Assembly: GCA_944390775.1 (NCBI GenBank)
Contig: CALXQQ010000015.1
Location: forward strand, 14,007-78,006
Direction: 5' to 3'
Length of the DNA: 64,000 nt
Source: an uncultured Alphaproteobacteria bacterium
Lineage (GTDB): Bacteria > Pseudomonadota > Alphaproteobacteria > UBA3830
Shown here: positions 38,725 to 48,542 of the stretch, in pieces
How positions within the stretch are numbered: position 1 is the first letter of the stretch
Layout: each line of letters starts with the position of its first letter
Position numbers and translations under genes: made by a program
Notes under the pieces: model-generated
Seen by the model: only the letters and a program-made list of their open reading frames with translations
Databases searched by the model: none
What the model was told of the DNA's origin: nothing

Positions 38725-39498
38725 CTATCGACCAATTTTCACGTTGTAGCACAATACTGTACGGAAGGCGATTGTGTCTTTTTTGTATGCCTTCACACTG
38801 CTGTTGCCATTAGCTGCTGTAACAGTATTGCTTCTTCCAAAGGTGTACTCTAACTCTGAACGAATTGTACCCTTCTTGCCAAAAGCCTTCTCAACACCGA
38901 TTGCTACTGCTGGGGTTATACCAGACACAGAAGCTGTCAATGTTGTCAAAGGCAGGGTGCTAGCAAGAGCAGCAGTAGCACCAACTCTTGACTCATGTGT
39001 TACAGATGCCTTGGACCACTTGCCACTAACCTTCAAGTAGCTCAACATCTTGCTATGACAATCGACATATCCAAGTCTAATGGCTACATTAGGAACGGAA
39101 CCAACGCGCTTTGCATGCACATCGTATACAGTAAATGTGCCACCAGTATGTGTGGTCTGAATCTTATCCATCTCTGTCATGTTAGAGTTAGAACCAAAGT
39201 CATAACCTACCTCGATACCAGCGTAGAATTGGTTGGAAGGCATTTTCTTACCAAAACCTACGAGAATTGTACCACCGAGTGTCGTTGTCTCGCGATTAAA
39301 GATGTTGCCAGAACGCTCATTGGTAGCTATATAATCACCCTTCAAGCCCAACTTCTCGGCATATATACCTGCACCATAGTAGAAGCCTTCGTATGCAGGA
39401 TGAGCATGCTCAACAGCATGAGTAGCAACATCTACTCCTTCTGCACTCGCGTTAAAAGCTAATCCAGCACAACAGGCTGCAAGTAACATTTTCTTCAT
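38725..39498 (-). CDS. Outer-membrane beta-barrel protein (OmpA-like/Omp25/surface-antigen type)
   Basis: A signal peptide MKKMLLAACCAGLAFNASA is followed by an alternating Gly/aromatic beta-strand pattern (YAGIEVGYDFG, AIRLGYV, RSELEYTFG). Confidence 0.65.
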   Translation of the reverse strand: MKKMLLAACCAGLAFNASAEGVDVATHAVEHAHPAYEGFYYGAGIYAEKLGLKGDYIATNERSGNIFNRETTTLGGTILVGFGKKMPSNQFYAGIEVGYDFGSNSNMTEMDKIQTTHTGGTFTVYDVHAKRVGSVPNVAIRLGYVDCHSKMLSYLKVSGKWSKASVTHESRVGATAALASTLPLTTLTASVSGITPAVAIGVEKAFGKKGTIRSELEYTFGRSNTVTAANGNSSVKAYKKDTIAFRTVLCYNVKIGR

Positions 39499-39745
39499 GA
39501 TTTTCTCCTAAATTAACAACATGATCAAATTAATCTAATTTTATGAAATTATCAAATTAAAATTATACAAAATCGTTGAGTGTTGCATAAAAGCCACACA
39601 AAACATCCCCAAATACGCATATAACATATTGAATATATTGGTTTTTTCTGAAAGATGTCCATCTACACATTTCTATTATTTAAGCGAATCGCAGAAATTT
39701 TCTTTTCATTAATCTCATTATATGCTAGAGTGCACTCGACATAAA

Positions 39746-39820
<75 letters not shown>

Positions 39821-39864
39821 TTTTGTTCTCAGAAAAAATCTACGATTGTGTTAGCATCATCCGC

Positions 39865-41004
39865 CTAATCACAGCATAAGAATTCTACGATCGAATCGAG
39901 CTTAATCATACCAGCATCTGTCAGGCACAGTTGATCAGGTTTGAGCAATCCCTGTGCTCGCAAAAAATTCAACTTATCTTGCGATAGAATCGACTCGACA
40001 ATATCAGGAGAAATTTTCTTATCCAGATCAATTACTCCCTCTGTAGTACGCAACCCCATTAATAGTATTTCTTCCAGTTGATCAAGCTCAGTCAAAACAA
40101 CATCTTCATCCCACAGTGGATTCAAAGCCCCCCATTGAAATAAGTCACTACTCTTAGCTAAAGCATGTTTAGCCCCATCGATAGTCAAACGACTATGAGC
40201 AGACACTCCAACGCCAAGATAATCTCCATATCTCCAATAGGTAAGATTGTGATAGCATTCCGCACCAGACGCAGCAAAATTGGAAATTTCATATTTTGGA
40301 CGATCATAAGAAGCGAGAAAATCTTCTATAAACTTGTAATATGTGGCCTCGGTTTCAATATCGATCGGTCGAATTTTCCCTGTTTGTTTTTTGCGAAAAA
40401 ATTCAGTGTTTTCCTCAAATGTAAGCTGATAGCAAGACAAATGCGGAACTCCAAATTGCATGGCCTGAGTCAAATTATCCTGCACGCTCGACAGGGACTG
40501 ATCTTCAATACCATATATGAAGTCGAAACTGTAGTTGGAAAAAACCTCGCTGACCATATGTGCTGCTTGCAAAGCTTGATAACCATCATATGGCCGACCA
40601 AGAAACCGCAACTCACTATCCTGAAAACTTTGTATTCCCAATGATAAACGATTCACGCCCAGTGATTTTAGTTCAGATAAATATTCTCGCGAAAAAGTCG
40701 CAGGATTAGCCTCAATGCTTATCTCTATATCACTGAGATCGTAATGTTTATCCAAATAATTCAGAATCGCACCAATAGTGCTAGGTGACATTAGAGATGG
40801 CGTGCCCCCTCCAAAAAAAATGCTGCCAATAGATGAATAGCTAATCCGTTCCATTGACAGCTGCAAATCACGCAATAGCAACACCCCTATCTCTTTCTGA
40901 CGAGCCTCATTCACCGAGCAAACAGGATAGCTGGTAAAAGCGCAATAGGGACACTTCGATAAGCAAATTGGCCAGTGCAAATATAAAGCTAATGCGCCAT
41001 TCAT
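39865..41004 (-). CDS. hemW: Radical SAM heme chaperone HemW (oxygen-independent coproporphyrinogen III oxidase-like)
   Basis: LYLHWPICLSKCPYCAF gives the CxxxCxxC cluster. FFGGGTPS is also present. 379 aa. Confidence 0.85.
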   Translation of the reverse strand: MNGALALYLHWPICLSKCPYCAFTSYPVCSVNEARQKEIGVLLLRDLQLSMERISYSSIGSIFFGGGTPSLMSPSTIGAILNYLDKHYDLSDIEISIEANPATFSREYLSELKSLGVNRLSLGIQSFQDSELRFLGRPYDGYQALQAAHMVSEVFSNYSFDFIYGIEDQSLSSVQDNLTQAMQFGVPHLSCYQLTFEENTEFFRKKQTGKIRPIDIETEATYYKFIEDFLASYDRPKYEISNFAASGAECYHNLTYWRYGDYLGVGVSAHSRLTIDGAKHALAKSSDLFQWGALNPLWDEDVVLTELDQLEEILLMGLRTTEGVIDLDKKISPDIVESILSQDKLNFLRAQGLLKPDQLCLTDAGMIKLDSIVEFLCCD

Positions 41005-41705
41005 CTTCCTAACAGAATTTTTTTCTGTAAATTGAAAATGTGATCCATCGCATCTCGAGCCAGCGATAGCATCTTCAAAAATTGTTCTTCCGAAAACACC
41101 GATTTTTCCCCGCTTGATTGCACCTCTACTAGCTGCTTCGTGTCAATCATTACAAAATTTGCATCTACGTCAGCTGAAGAATCTTCGCTATAATCCAAAT
41201 CTAATAGTGGCTCGCCATTTACAATTCCACAGGATATGGCTCCCACAAGATGAATAAAAGGATTGCGCTTAAATTTCAAGCGCTTAATCGCTAATCCTAA
41301 CGCCACACATGCTCCACATATAGAAGCAGTACGCGTACCGCCGTCCGCTTGTATAACATCACAATCTATCTTGATCTGACGCTCACCAAGCGCTTGTAAA
41401 TCAAGTGACGCTCGTAAAGATCGCCCTATCAACCTCTGAATTTCATGAGTCCTACCGCTTTGCTTGCCTCGCATGACTTCACGCTCAGTGCGAGTCTCTG
41501 TGGAACATGGCAACAAGGAATACTCAGCCGTTAACCATCCTTGCCCTGTACCACGTAAAAATGGAGGTACCTTTTCCTCTATGGTTGCAGCACATAATAC
41601 CTTTGTATCGCCAAACACAACTAAACAGCTATCTGCATGTTTAACATAGTTGGGCACTATCTCAATAGGACGCATTTCATTGAATTGTCTATTAAAACTT
41701 CTCAT
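41001..41705 (-). CDS. rph: Ribonuclease PH
   Basis: GSCLVVFGDTKVLC-type N-terminus, GRTHEIQRLIGRSLR, and DCDVIQADGGTRTASI. Confidence 0.92.
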   Translation of the reverse strand: MRSFNRQFNEMRPIEIVPNYVKHADSCLVVFGDTKVLCAATIEEKVPPFLRGTGQGWLTAEYSLLPCSTETRTEREVMRGKQSGRTHEIQRLIGRSLRASLDLQALGERQIKIDCDVIQADGGTRTASICGACVALGLAIKRLKFKRNPFIHLVGAISCGIVNGEPLLDLDYSEDSSADVDANFVMIDTKQLVEVQSSGEKSVFSEEQFLKMLSLARDAMDHIFNLQKKILLGR

Positions 41706-41995
41706 ACATCTTTCGCCATTTTCTGCAGAGTAGTTATATCAAATTTACTCGTGATCTGCACTACTTTATTCCTACTTTTTAATCCAGAAACTATACTGAT
41801 CGAAGATGACGGTATATGTAACTCCTTGCTTAGCAGATGTATAACCGCTTCATTCGCTTTCCCCTTTTCTGGAACAACTGTAGTGCTTATGACCAACATA
41901 TTGTTTCTTACGCCTAAAATTGCATTCTTCGATGCTTTTGTATTCACACGAATTTTTAAAAGAGACTTATCTTTTTCATAAAAATCGTCTGTCAT
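41702..41995 (-). CDS. DUF167 (YggU) family protein
   Basis: 97 aa with the KASKNAILGV...VVPEKGKANEAVIHLLSKEL pattern. Confidence 0.65.
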   Translation of the reverse strand: MTDDFYEKDKSLLKIRVNTKASKNAILGVRNNMLVISTTVVPEKGKANEAVIHLLSKELHIPSSSISIVSGLKSRNKVVQITSKFDITTLQKMAKDV

Positions 41996-42075
41996 GCCAC
42001 CTAACCTATTGCAACTTGCGCATAATTGTATTACTCTCGCCGATATTTTTGAAGTGTTGGAAATATAGGCGAGAT

Positions 42076-43245
42076 ATGGCGAAAAAATTACCAGTATTGT
42101 TAGCTTTGTCCATAGTTAGCTCACTGCTACTGAACAATATCATGCCACTGGCAGCAAAACAGATGATTTTTGCTGTTGCGTTAACTATAAAATCCGTAGT
42201 GTTATTCCTATTGCCTCTTATCATTTTTGGGCTATTGTTCAAGACATTTGTAAAACTATCCGAACATGCAATCTGTGTGATTTTTTTGATTTTCGGCTCC
42301 CTATGTACTTCCAATTTTATAAACACATTTCTTAGCCATTATGTGGGAGAATTTATCTATAATTATGATTTTAACGTTGGAAATAGCATAGCAAACACAA
42401 CAACACTGACGCCGTACTTTTCGTTTGAACTCCCAAAATTAGTAAAAAATGAATACGCCTTGTTTGGAGGGATTGTTGTCGGCATTGTAATGGCCATAGT
42501 TAATCGACCACTAGCAGAAAAATGCGCAAAAGCCTTAGACCAAATAATCCGAAAAGTATTTGCTTTTGTCTCGCTGTTGATTCCGTTGTTCATAATAGGA
42601 TTTGTTTTCAAATGTGCGTCAGAAGGCGTACTAATGACAATCATAACAAGCTATAGCAAAATACTTGGTCTATTAACAGTATATTCCACTGTATATACAT
42701 TATTACTGTATTTGTTGGTCAACGGAGGACGTATCCGAGACACAATTCAGTGTCTGAAAAACATGATGCCAGCTCTGCTTGGAGCTATGAGCACTATGTC
42801 GAGCGTAATGACCATGCCTATCACAATTATGTGCGCAGAAAAAAATGCAAAAAACAAAGGATTAGCCGGATCAATTATTTCCGCAACAGTTAATGTGCAT
42901 TTGCTAGGAGATTGCTTGTGCATTCCCGTATTGGCTTATGCATTGTTGAAGCACTACGGTCTTGCAGCACCAACATTGGAAGAATATTTCATATTTACAA
43001 TTTTCTTTGTGATCACAAAATTCTCCGTAGCTGCTGTTCCTGCGGGAGGAATAATAGTGATGACACCGGTTTTAGAAAGCTATCTACATTTTACCCCTGA
43101 TATGTCGACCTTAATGATCGCAATATGTGCGATGTTTGATCCGATTATGACAGGCTTCAATGTATTAGGTAATGGCGCATTGGCGAAATTCATAGATAAT
43201 ATGAGCGCTAAATTCAAAATACAACTTTTACCAGAATCCACCTAA
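42076..43245 (+). CDS. Dicarboxylate/amino acid:cation symporter (DAACS family)
   Basis: Multi-TM protein with the hallmark SSVMTMPITI and AAVPAGGIIVM reentrant-loop motifs. The start is set at ATG 42076 (MAKKLPVLL). Confidence 0.75.
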   Translation: MAKKLPVLLALSIVSSLLLNNIMPLAAKQMIFAVALTIKSVVLFLLPLIIFGLLFKTFVKLSEHAICVIFLIFGSLCTSNFINTFLSHYVGEFIYNYDFNVGNSIANTTTLTPYFSFELPKLVKNEYALFGGIVVGIVMAIVNRPLAEKCAKALDQIIRKVFAFVSLLIPLFIIGFVFKCASEGVLMTIITSYSKILGLLTVYSTVYTLLLYLLVNGGRIRDTIQCLKNMMPALLGAMSTMSSVMTMPITIMCAEKNAKNKGLAGSIISATVNVHLLGDCLCIPVLAYALLKHYGLAAPTLEEYFIFTIFFVITKFSVAAVPAGGIIVMTPVLESYLHFTPDMSTLMIAICAMFDPIMTGFNVLGNGALAKFIDNMSAKFKIQLLPEST

Positions 43246-43893
43246 CAACACTGTTTTCTCTATTCCATCAACAGATAGAGATATATTGTTTTCACGAATA
43301 TGGGTTATTATATCATCATCAATGATATCCCCGACCTGATACCATTTATTGTTTATGCACGCTTGTTTGTTATGCAATATAGCTGTGAGATGTTTGTTTT
43401 TCTTTAACCCGAACAAATCAGTACGAGGAATAATCACAGGCTTAACAGCACAAATAGATAAAGGCATATTTACATGACACCACTGATAATTGACTTTGGC
43501 TTTTAAGCTACAATCATCTTGTCTTATAATTTTTATCTCGTTGATTATTAGAAGCATATTTGATTCTGTTTTCAAAACATGCAGAAATTTCAAAATACTG
43601 CGCTCTGATGAGGCACAAAAAGTCAACTCGCCATCCTGCTGAGAATCTAGATTGGTAATGCCACACAGCACAGCCGCAGACTTCAGCAACTCCTCCCAAT
43701 TGTTTTTATGCAAAAAATTATTTGGAGATATCGATGCAAATGATATTGTTGCAAATGTCGATTTCAAAACAGCAATACTATCGTGATACTTTTCCACTCT
43801 ATTTTTAGTCATAGTAAGATCGTGAATTTTGTTGTCCAAATATCCCCACAGTACAACTTCTCCGCAGAGTAATAGCATTAGCGCTTTATGCAT
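43228..43893 (-). CDS. Hypothetical bitopic membrane protein, last gene of the pilB-pilC operon
   Basis: 221 aa with an N-terminal TM (ALMLLLCGEVVLWGYL) and no recognisable motif. The start overlaps the upstream ORF by 16 nt. Confidence 0.55.
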   Translation of the reverse strand: MHKALMLLLCGEVVLWGYLDNKIHDLTMTKNRVEKYHDSIAVLKSTFATISFASISPNNFLHKNNWEELLKSAAVLCGITNLDSQQDGELTFCASSERSILKFLHVLKTESNMLLIINEIKIIRQDDCSLKAKVNYQWCHVNMPLSICAVKPVIIPRTDLFGLKKNKHLTAILHNKQACINNKWYQVGDIIDDDIITHIRENNISLSVDGIEKTVLLGGFW

Positions 43894-44831
43894 ATTGTAT
43901 TACTCCCCGAAGTCTTATTGCTCGCTGATCGAGTCACCGCACGAATTTCACCCTGAGTGATCGCCAATTTCTCGATATTTGCACCGTTCAAAGCTTGTGG
44001 CAGATCAGCAAAAATCTCTAAAAACGGCACACTATTTTTTAAGCTACTACACAGCTTTTCTACAACACCAATATTGTGTTCATTTACATCAAGGATCACT
44101 CGTTCATCTCTAGAACGCAATTTACTACTGCATATATGATGATCTATGAAATTTTGCAGTTCCCATATCTTGATTCCTTGAATAGAAATCGGCACGGCCA
44201 TCGCAATAACAGCAGCGGATAACATGCCGTTTAAGTATCGAGAATAATCTTGTAGAACTAGACGAATCTTCCGCGTAGAAGCGAATTCCTCTAAAGCAGA
44301 TATTCCTTCCGAATGCAAATGTATCTTCTTGCATAAAAGAGAAAAAGCCACATAATCGATTTCATCTATCAAACAGTTGGAAACTATTGTCCATTGGCCG
44401 TAATTATCAAACCTTCTCAGATACATCACAGTGCGTTGAAGCTCTTGCTGTAAATTTATACTAAAATCTAGATTGCGAGATAATACTATCCCTTTGCCTA
44501 TTCCAGCAATAATACGAACTGTCTCATTATCTGAAAAAACAAACACCCACTTGGAAGCTGGACTTAAACTTTCACAACAAAATTGAGCAACAACATTTTC
44601 CATCAATAAGGCATTTGTAATAGGCTGAGATATATCTACGCTTTGCATATAAAACGTATGCTGTCGACACCAATTATCCCATGTCCAAAGATTAACAGGA
44701 TAAATCAAATAACAGTCTTCACGAGCGTTCATCAATTTTCTACGACAATGCAGTATTTTAATGGCAGTAAATAAGCTGCAATTTTCTAGTTTTTCTAATA
44801 TAAATTTGGCACGAATACTAACATCTATCAA
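43878..44831 (-). CDS. Hypothetical protein with a central TM, third gene of the pilB-pilC operon (GspL/PilM-N-like topology only)
   Basis: 317 aa. An N-domain of about 200 aa is followed by a TM (MLSAAVIAMAVPISI) and a C-domain of about 95 aa. The ATGA start overlaps the pilC-like stop. Confidence 0.55.
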   Translation of the reverse strand: MIDVSIRAKFILEKLENCSLFTAIKILHCRRKLMNAREDCYLIYPVNLWTWDNWCRQHTFYMQSVDISQPITNALLMENVVAQFCCESLSPASKWVFVFSDNETVRIIAGIGKGIVLSRNLDFSINLQQELQRTVMYLRRFDNYGQWTIVSNCLIDEIDYVAFSLLCKKIHLHSEGISALEEFASTRKIRLVLQDYSRYLNGMLSAAVIAMAVPISIQGIKIWELQNFIDHHICSSKLRSRDERVILDVNEHNIGVVEKLCSSLKNSVPFLEIFADLPQALNGANIEKLAITQGEIRAVTRSASNKTSGSNTICIKR

Positions 44832-45985
44832 AATGTTACCACTCCTATATAGTCATATAGAGGCTGGAACAAACTGTAGATAATGAAGAGAAAAATCAGA
44901 CCTGTACATAAAATCATTCCATGCCCTAATACACGGCCTAAAACTTTCACCTGTCTACATAAATCATTATATAGACTATCGCTAATATGTTTTAAACTAT
45001 CCTTTAGGTTATTCCCTTTTTCGCCAACTGAGAGAGCAATAATCATTGATGTTGGCACATATTGCATGCCTGAGAAAGAATCAGATATTGAATATCCTGC
45101 TAGCAACTTATCATGAATAACTTGCAAATCTCGTCTTAACATGGGGCATTTTATCGCATCCATTGCCAAAGTGAGCGTGTTTATAAAATTAAGACGCGCT
45201 TCCAATCCGATATGTAAGGTTTTAAATAACATCCATATTTCTAAGGCGATATAGAGACGTCCAATTATCGGTATATGAATGAGCATATCTCGCCATAATC
45301 CTTTTTTTAACACATATAAACCAACTACAACTGAGATAAATAGAACCCCCACAAATAGTTCCGGTATTTTTGGCACTATCTCGATAGCCAAACGCGTTAA
45401 ACCAGAGACTGAATTTTCTCCTAACGCGATAATTTGCGGCCCTAAAGTGGAAAAACAAAACACCAATGCTACGAACGCAATACATAGCATAAAGGTAGGA
45501 TAGGTTAACATTTGTTTTAGACTATTTCTCCATTGAGATTGCAACTTTAAAAAAACCAAAATGGTTCCGATGACTTCTGTCAAATTGCCTGTTTTCTCAG
45601 ATGCTTTTAGCAAGCCAACCGTCACCCTATCAAACACGCCACAATTTTCAAATGCTTCACCAAGAGACATTCCACTTTTTAAATCATCAGATAAACGCAA
45701 TAGAACAATATTGAGAAATTTATCCCCATGTGATTCAGCAAATGAATCAATTGCGCCGTCTATAGTGACTCCACATGCTAACTGAAAGTTGATATGCATA
45801 AAAAACAGTAAAGTATCTTCTATGCTGATACGTTTGCTTGCATAATATCTTCTGGATATTGATATCGGAACCAACTTCTTTGCTTTTAAAGCGTGATAAG
45901 CATCTTGCATATTAGCAGCTATTAACGCGCTATTTTTACGCTGTCCATCTGAACTTAAAGCACTATATTTGTAAATAGCCATCAC
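44828..45985 (-). CDS. Type II secretion/type IV pilus platform protein (GspF/PilC family)
   Basis: 385 aa. It has two T2SSF-like halves with 3 TMs and an N-terminus typical of the family (YKYSALSSDGQRKNSALIAANMQDAYHALKAKKLVPISI). Confidence 0.8.
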   Translation of the reverse strand: MMAIYKYSALSSDGQRKNSALIAANMQDAYHALKAKKLVPISISRRYYASKRISIEDTLLFFMHINFQLACGVTIDGAIDSFAESHGDKFLNIVLLRLSDDLKSGMSLGEAFENCGVFDRVTVGLLKASEKTGNLTEVIGTILVFLKLQSQWRNSLKQMLTYPTFMLCIAFVALVFCFSTLGPQIIALGENSVSGLTRLAIEIVPKIPELFVGVLFISVVVGLYVLKKGLWRDMLIHIPIIGRLYIALEIWMLFKTLHIGLEARLNFINTLTLAMDAIKCPMLRRDLQVIHDKLLAGYSISDSFSGMQYVPTSMIIALSVGEKGNNLKDSLKHISDSLYNDLCRQVKVLGRVLGHGMILCTGLIFLFIIYSLFQPLYDYIGVVTF

Positions 45986-47435
45986 CCAATACTCTCTTAA
46001 TTTCCTTTTCAGAAGTCAGATTGTTTTCAACTGCAAATTTTGCTGACTCATGAAAAGTCTTTTCATTTTTACATATAGTAATATCTTTTAATTTCAGCAC
46101 TTTATCTTTTAGTTGAGCTGAGAATCCCATATATTCAGTCAATGGGAATCTACCTTTTTTATGTTGATAACGCACCAAACGTTGTGAAAAAATTCCCAAT
46201 AAAGATGGAATCAGATCTGAAAGCGATATACCAAAATCCATCAAACGTCTTATACCTTCTAATGGAGTAGATGCGTGTATAGTGGTCAGCACCAAGCGAC
46301 CAGTCAAAGATGCTCTAATCGCCGACGCCGCTGTTGCCTCATCGCGAATCTCTCCAATGAGCAATACATCAGGATCTTGTCTCAATATGGACCGCACTCC
46401 ATCAGAAAATGATAGCAACCCTTCTTCTCTCAAATCCAATTGCTTAACCCCACTAATGGAATATTCAACAGGATCCTCCAAAGTCATTATATTAATAGAT
46501 GGTGTGTTAATTTCCTTCAGCAATGAATAAAGCGTTGTTGTTTTCCCGGATCCTGTAGGACCTACAATTGCAAATATTCCACATGGATTTCTGATAATTT
46601 TTTGCAACCATCTCAAATCGTCATTTACAAAACCGAGTTCTGCCAGAGGTTTTATTCCATTAGAAAGATTGAAAATTCTCACCACAAAATTTTCATCATA
46701 CAGAGCAGGATGTGTAGATATTCGTAGATCAATAGCATGTCCGGCCAGATATATACGAGTATGTCCACTTTGTGGGCGTCGATTTTCTGTAATGTTCAGT
46801 TTAGCGATAAGTTTCAGTCGCGCCTTGATGCGATTCCACATATCTAGCACGATATTTTGCAAAATTTGCAGTTCTCCATCGACACGAATTCTCACCCGCA
46901 CAAAATTTTCAGTAGGTTCGAAATGAATATCACTCGCCTCACTTTCCAGAGCATCGAATATAATTTTATTCAGTAACAACAACGGCTCATTTTCTGGCTG
47001 TGATATGCGATATTTGATCAAATCTAAAAAATGTAAAATTTCGCTACGTTTTGCTAAGAAAAATTTAACATTCATTGGCGGAGGAAACTTTTGATAGAAA
47101 AAATCAATTGCTTCCAAATTAACAGGATCTTCTAAAGCAACTTTGATGTTATGATCATCTACGTAAAAGGGTATTGCCATCAAACGCGAAGCGTCTTCGT
47201 AGGTCATTAATTGCAACGCCAACTGATTTGCGTAAACAAAATCTAAGCTGATTAATTCGACATCATAAATATCTGACAGAACTTCAACCAAATTATCTTC
47301 AGATAGAAAACCCATATCCACGGCCAACTGACCTAACATAGATTGAGAATGTTGTTGCTGACGTAGAAGCACGGCAATTTGCTCAGAGTTCAACAAATTA
47401 TGCGATTGAAAAATCTCTCCTATGCGCTGATGCAC
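45963..47435 (-). CDS. Type II secretion/type IV pilus assembly ATPase (GspE/PilB/MshE family)
   Basis: T2SSE_N-like N-domain, Walker A GPTGSGKTTTLYS, Asp box EDPVEYSISGVKQ, Walker B DPDVLLIGEIRD, and His box LVLTTIHAS. Confidence 0.88.
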   Translation of the reverse strand: MHQRIGEIFQSHNLLNSEQIAVLLRQQQHSQSMLGQLAVDMGFLSEDNLVEVLSDIYDVELISLDFVYANQLALQLMTYEDASRLMAIPFYVDDHNIKVALEDPVNLEAIDFFYQKFPPPMNVKFFLAKRSEILHFLDLIKYRISQPENEPLLLLNKIIFDALESEASDIHFEPTENFVRVRIRVDGELQILQNIVLDMWNRIKARLKLIAKLNITENRRPQSGHTRIYLAGHAIDLRISTHPALYDENFVVRIFNLSNGIKPLAELGFVNDDLRWLQKIIRNPCGIFAIVGPTGSGKTTTLYSLLKEINTPSINIMTLEDPVEYSISGVKQLDLREEGLLSFSDGVRSILRQDPDVLLIGEIRDEATAASAIRASLTGRLVLTTIHASTPLEGIRRLMDFGISLSDLIPSLLGIFSQRLVRYQHKKGRFPLTEYMGFSAQLKDKVLKLKDITICKNEKTFHESAKFAVENNLTSEKEIKRVLGDGYLQI

Positions 47436-47526
47436 ATTAATACCCTACTACTGCGTGAGGTCAGTATAGAATATATTTATAACCAAAAACTTAATAAATC
47501 CAAATGAAAAAGGCTAAAAACCAATA

Positions 47527-47877
47527 TTATTTGTCACTTAGCTCTTTTAACTCGTGCAACTCTGTCAGCAAATCCATACGTTTTTGGACTTCGATATTAT
47601 TTGACTGTATTAGCTCAAGAACGCGCCGACGCAATATCTTAATTTCCCTGAGCATCATATCCATGTAATTTCGTGCAGACACGACAAAATGAGCATCAGC
47701 GCGATTCTGCACCCCTCCCCTATAATCAAATAGCGCTATAGGGTTGCTTTCAACTTCAGGAACGACCCAAGCAGTATCAACATTCTCATCTTCTACAACG
47801 CTCCAGGGACCGGAGCTTATTTTTTGAAGTTGCTCCTCTAGGAAATTGATATCTTCCGGGGTCAGAACCTGCTTCAT
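47527..47877 (-). CDS. Hypothetical 116-aa protein
   Basis: The ORF is intact and sits between rplI and the pilB-like gene on the same strand. Only a weak resemblance to Ead/Ea22-like small phage proteins was noticed (GPW...NRADAHFVVSARNYM...coiled-coil). Confidence 0.5.
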   Translation of the reverse strand: MKQVLTPEDINFLEEQLQKISSGPWSVVEDENVDTAWVVPEVESNPIALFDYRGGVQNRADAHFVVSARNYMDMMLREIKILRRRVLELIQSNNIEVQKRMDLLTELHELKELSDK

Positions 47878-47881
47878 ATAT

Positions 47882-48361
47882 TTATTGCGCTTGCTGACGT
47901 GCTTCTTCTTCCGATTTTGCGACGCTCAAACGCACAGACACTGTGACCTCAGGATGCAAGTTAACAGATAAATCATGCACTCCCAACAGCTTTATCGGCG
48001 CATTGAGATTAACCTGTCCTGCTTTTACGGTAAAGCCAGCTGCTTTAATTGCTCCGGCGATATCACGAGCAGTAACGGATCCATACAACTGACCCTTTTC
48101 GCTTGCCTGTCTGACCAACATAACAGACAGATTCTTCATCTTTTCTGCTGTTGCTTGAGCTTCCGCCTTTGTTTTCGCGTTATGAGCCTCTATCTGAGCT
48201 TTTTGTTGCTCAAAAATCTTTAAATTCTCTTCGGTTGCACGGAGTGCTATTTTCTGCGGCAACAAATAATTGCGCGCAAACCCGGGCTTTACCTTAACGA
48301 TATCACCTATATGCCCAAGGTTAGCTACTCGCTGCAGTAAAATAACCTTTAAATGTTCCAT
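47882..48361 (-). CDS. rplI: 50S ribosomal protein L9
   Basis: MEHLKVILLQRVANLGHIGDIVKVKPGFARNYLLPQKIA. Confidence 0.93.
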   Translation of the reverse strand: MEHLKVILLQRVANLGHIGDIVKVKPGFARNYLLPQKIALRATEENLKIFEQQKAQIEAHNAKTKAEAQATAEKMKNLSVMLVRQASEKGQLYGSVTARDIAGAIKAAGFTVKAGQVNLNAPIKLLGVHDLSVNLHPEVTVSVRLSVAKSEEEARQQAQ

Positions 48362-48468
48362 AATTCCACCTTTATTCGCAATATAATATGTTGCTGACTA
48401 TAGCGGAAGAATCACGTTTTTGCAAGATAGAGACACACGCATTATTTAGAAAATCCGCAAAAAAACAA

Positions 48469-48497
48469 TTGACTTTTCATTCGAAACGTGCTAGGTT
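48469..48497 (+). promoter_or_regulatory. Weak sigma-70-type promoter candidate upstream of rpmJ
   Basis: TTGACT (48469-74), a 17-nt spacer, then TAGGTT (48492-97). It lies 46 nt upstream of the rpmJ ATG. Confidence 0.3.
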
Positions 48498-48542
48498 CTA
48501 TCTTTGAGAAGAAAAATTGGTAATTAGTAGGTTTGATAAATT

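Noticed and set aside
38650-38853. 67-aa + strand ORF after rluD, and a TTGGGCT/AGCCCAA inverted repeat (38650-38682)
   Set aside because: The ORF overlaps the 3' end of the outer-membrane protein gene on the other strand and has no RBS. The inverted repeat has a 19-nt loop, so it is at best a weak terminator for the - strand gene and is not listed as a feature.
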